A stretch of DNA of 63,350 bases from NCBI GenBank assembly GCA_041591895.1, contig JBFHRE010000002.1, positions 1 through 63,350 on the forward strand. Reading direction: 5' to 3'. The stretch's first letter is position 1; each line of letters starts with the position of its first letter. Under the pieces are notes generated by a model. The model was not told the origin of the DNA and made no database searches. It was given only the letters and a program-made list of their open reading frames with translations. This DNA comes from Acidimicrobiia bacterium. GTDB taxonomy: Bacteria; Actinomycetota; Acidimicrobiia; Spongiisociales; ZC4RG35. Below are positions 63,030 to 63,350 of this stretch, one piece after another. The translations under genes were made by a program, and so were the position numbers.

Positions 63030-63118
63030 GGCATTACCCCTCTCGTCGCGTCTGAACTTAGTGGCTTGGTCCCGGCCGGAGATCAGAGAGCGCCGAACTG
63101 GCGCTCGGTCGGCTCTGC

Positions 63119-63350
63119 TCAGCAGAACCATGGCTCCGTAAGCCGCGGACGTCCCTGGATCGCGCCCGCCGGAATCTGAGCCTGGCCCGGGTCGGCTCCG
63201 GCTGCGGCCAGCGCAGCCGCCCACATCTCCACCAACGTAGCTGAAGGGTCCCCTCCGACGTCCGCATGGGCCGCTGCGAAATCCGACAGTCGCGACTGAA
63301 GAGCGTCGGACCTGGGATCGGCCGATATCCAGCGGTGACCGAGCGTCGCC
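63119..63350 (-). CDS. 3' end of an unidentified CDS (5' end outside window), tentative
   Basis: Open minus-strand frame to the window edge: ...ADPRSDALQSRLSDFAAAHADVGGDPSATLVEMWAAALAAAGADPGQ...TEPWFC*. Composition is protein-like. Position-3 G+C is only about 70 percent by hand count. Confidence 0.3.
   Translation of the reverse strand, partial: ATLGHRWISADPRSDALQSRLSDFAAAHADVGGDPSATLVEMWAAALAAAGADPGQAQIPAGAIQGRPRLTEPWFC

Noticed and set aside
1-63350. Mobile elements, prophage or genomic island.
   Set aside because: No integrase, transposase or phage-like genes, no flanking tRNA and no evident compositional shift. The gene content is conserved housekeeping synteny.

Overview
High-GC (about two-thirds G+C by eye) chromosomal core segment with actinobacterial housekeeping synteny: deoB-deoA, etfBA, ftsY-smc, mutM, rnc-plsX-rpmF-yceD, coaD-rsmD, recG-yloV-rpmB, ddl, fabI, an adnAB-like helicase-nuclease pair, plsY, dtd and plsB. 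I call about 65 CDS. They are tightly packed and many have 1- or 4-nt stop/start overlaps. I recognised no tRNA, rRNA, CRISPR array, transposase or integrase. The most unusual feature is a 1.1-kb coding-free gap (47497-48630). Read on the minus strand, it holds many UUCG/GNRA-capped hairpins arranged as two, probably three, tandem paralogous modules. One module has a near-consensus promoter and an intrinsic terminator, and two share a duplicated AT-rich upstream box. I could not assign this RNA to any family I know. It lies divergent to a Cas4-like RecB-family nuclease gene that appears to have a leaderless, RecA-NDp-like (DNA-damage type) promoter and that heads the adnAB-like cluster. Secondary observations: an orphan sensor-kinase operon with a Thr-rich anchored protein; a MurF-like ligase with a polytopic membrane N-terminus coupled to ddl; a seven-gene MoxR/DUF58 membrane cluster; a 7-bp microsatellite at two gene 3' ends; a 12-bp tandem repeat upstream of smc. 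All calls rest on motif recognition and hand inspection without tools. Start codons are my best choice and several are uncertain.
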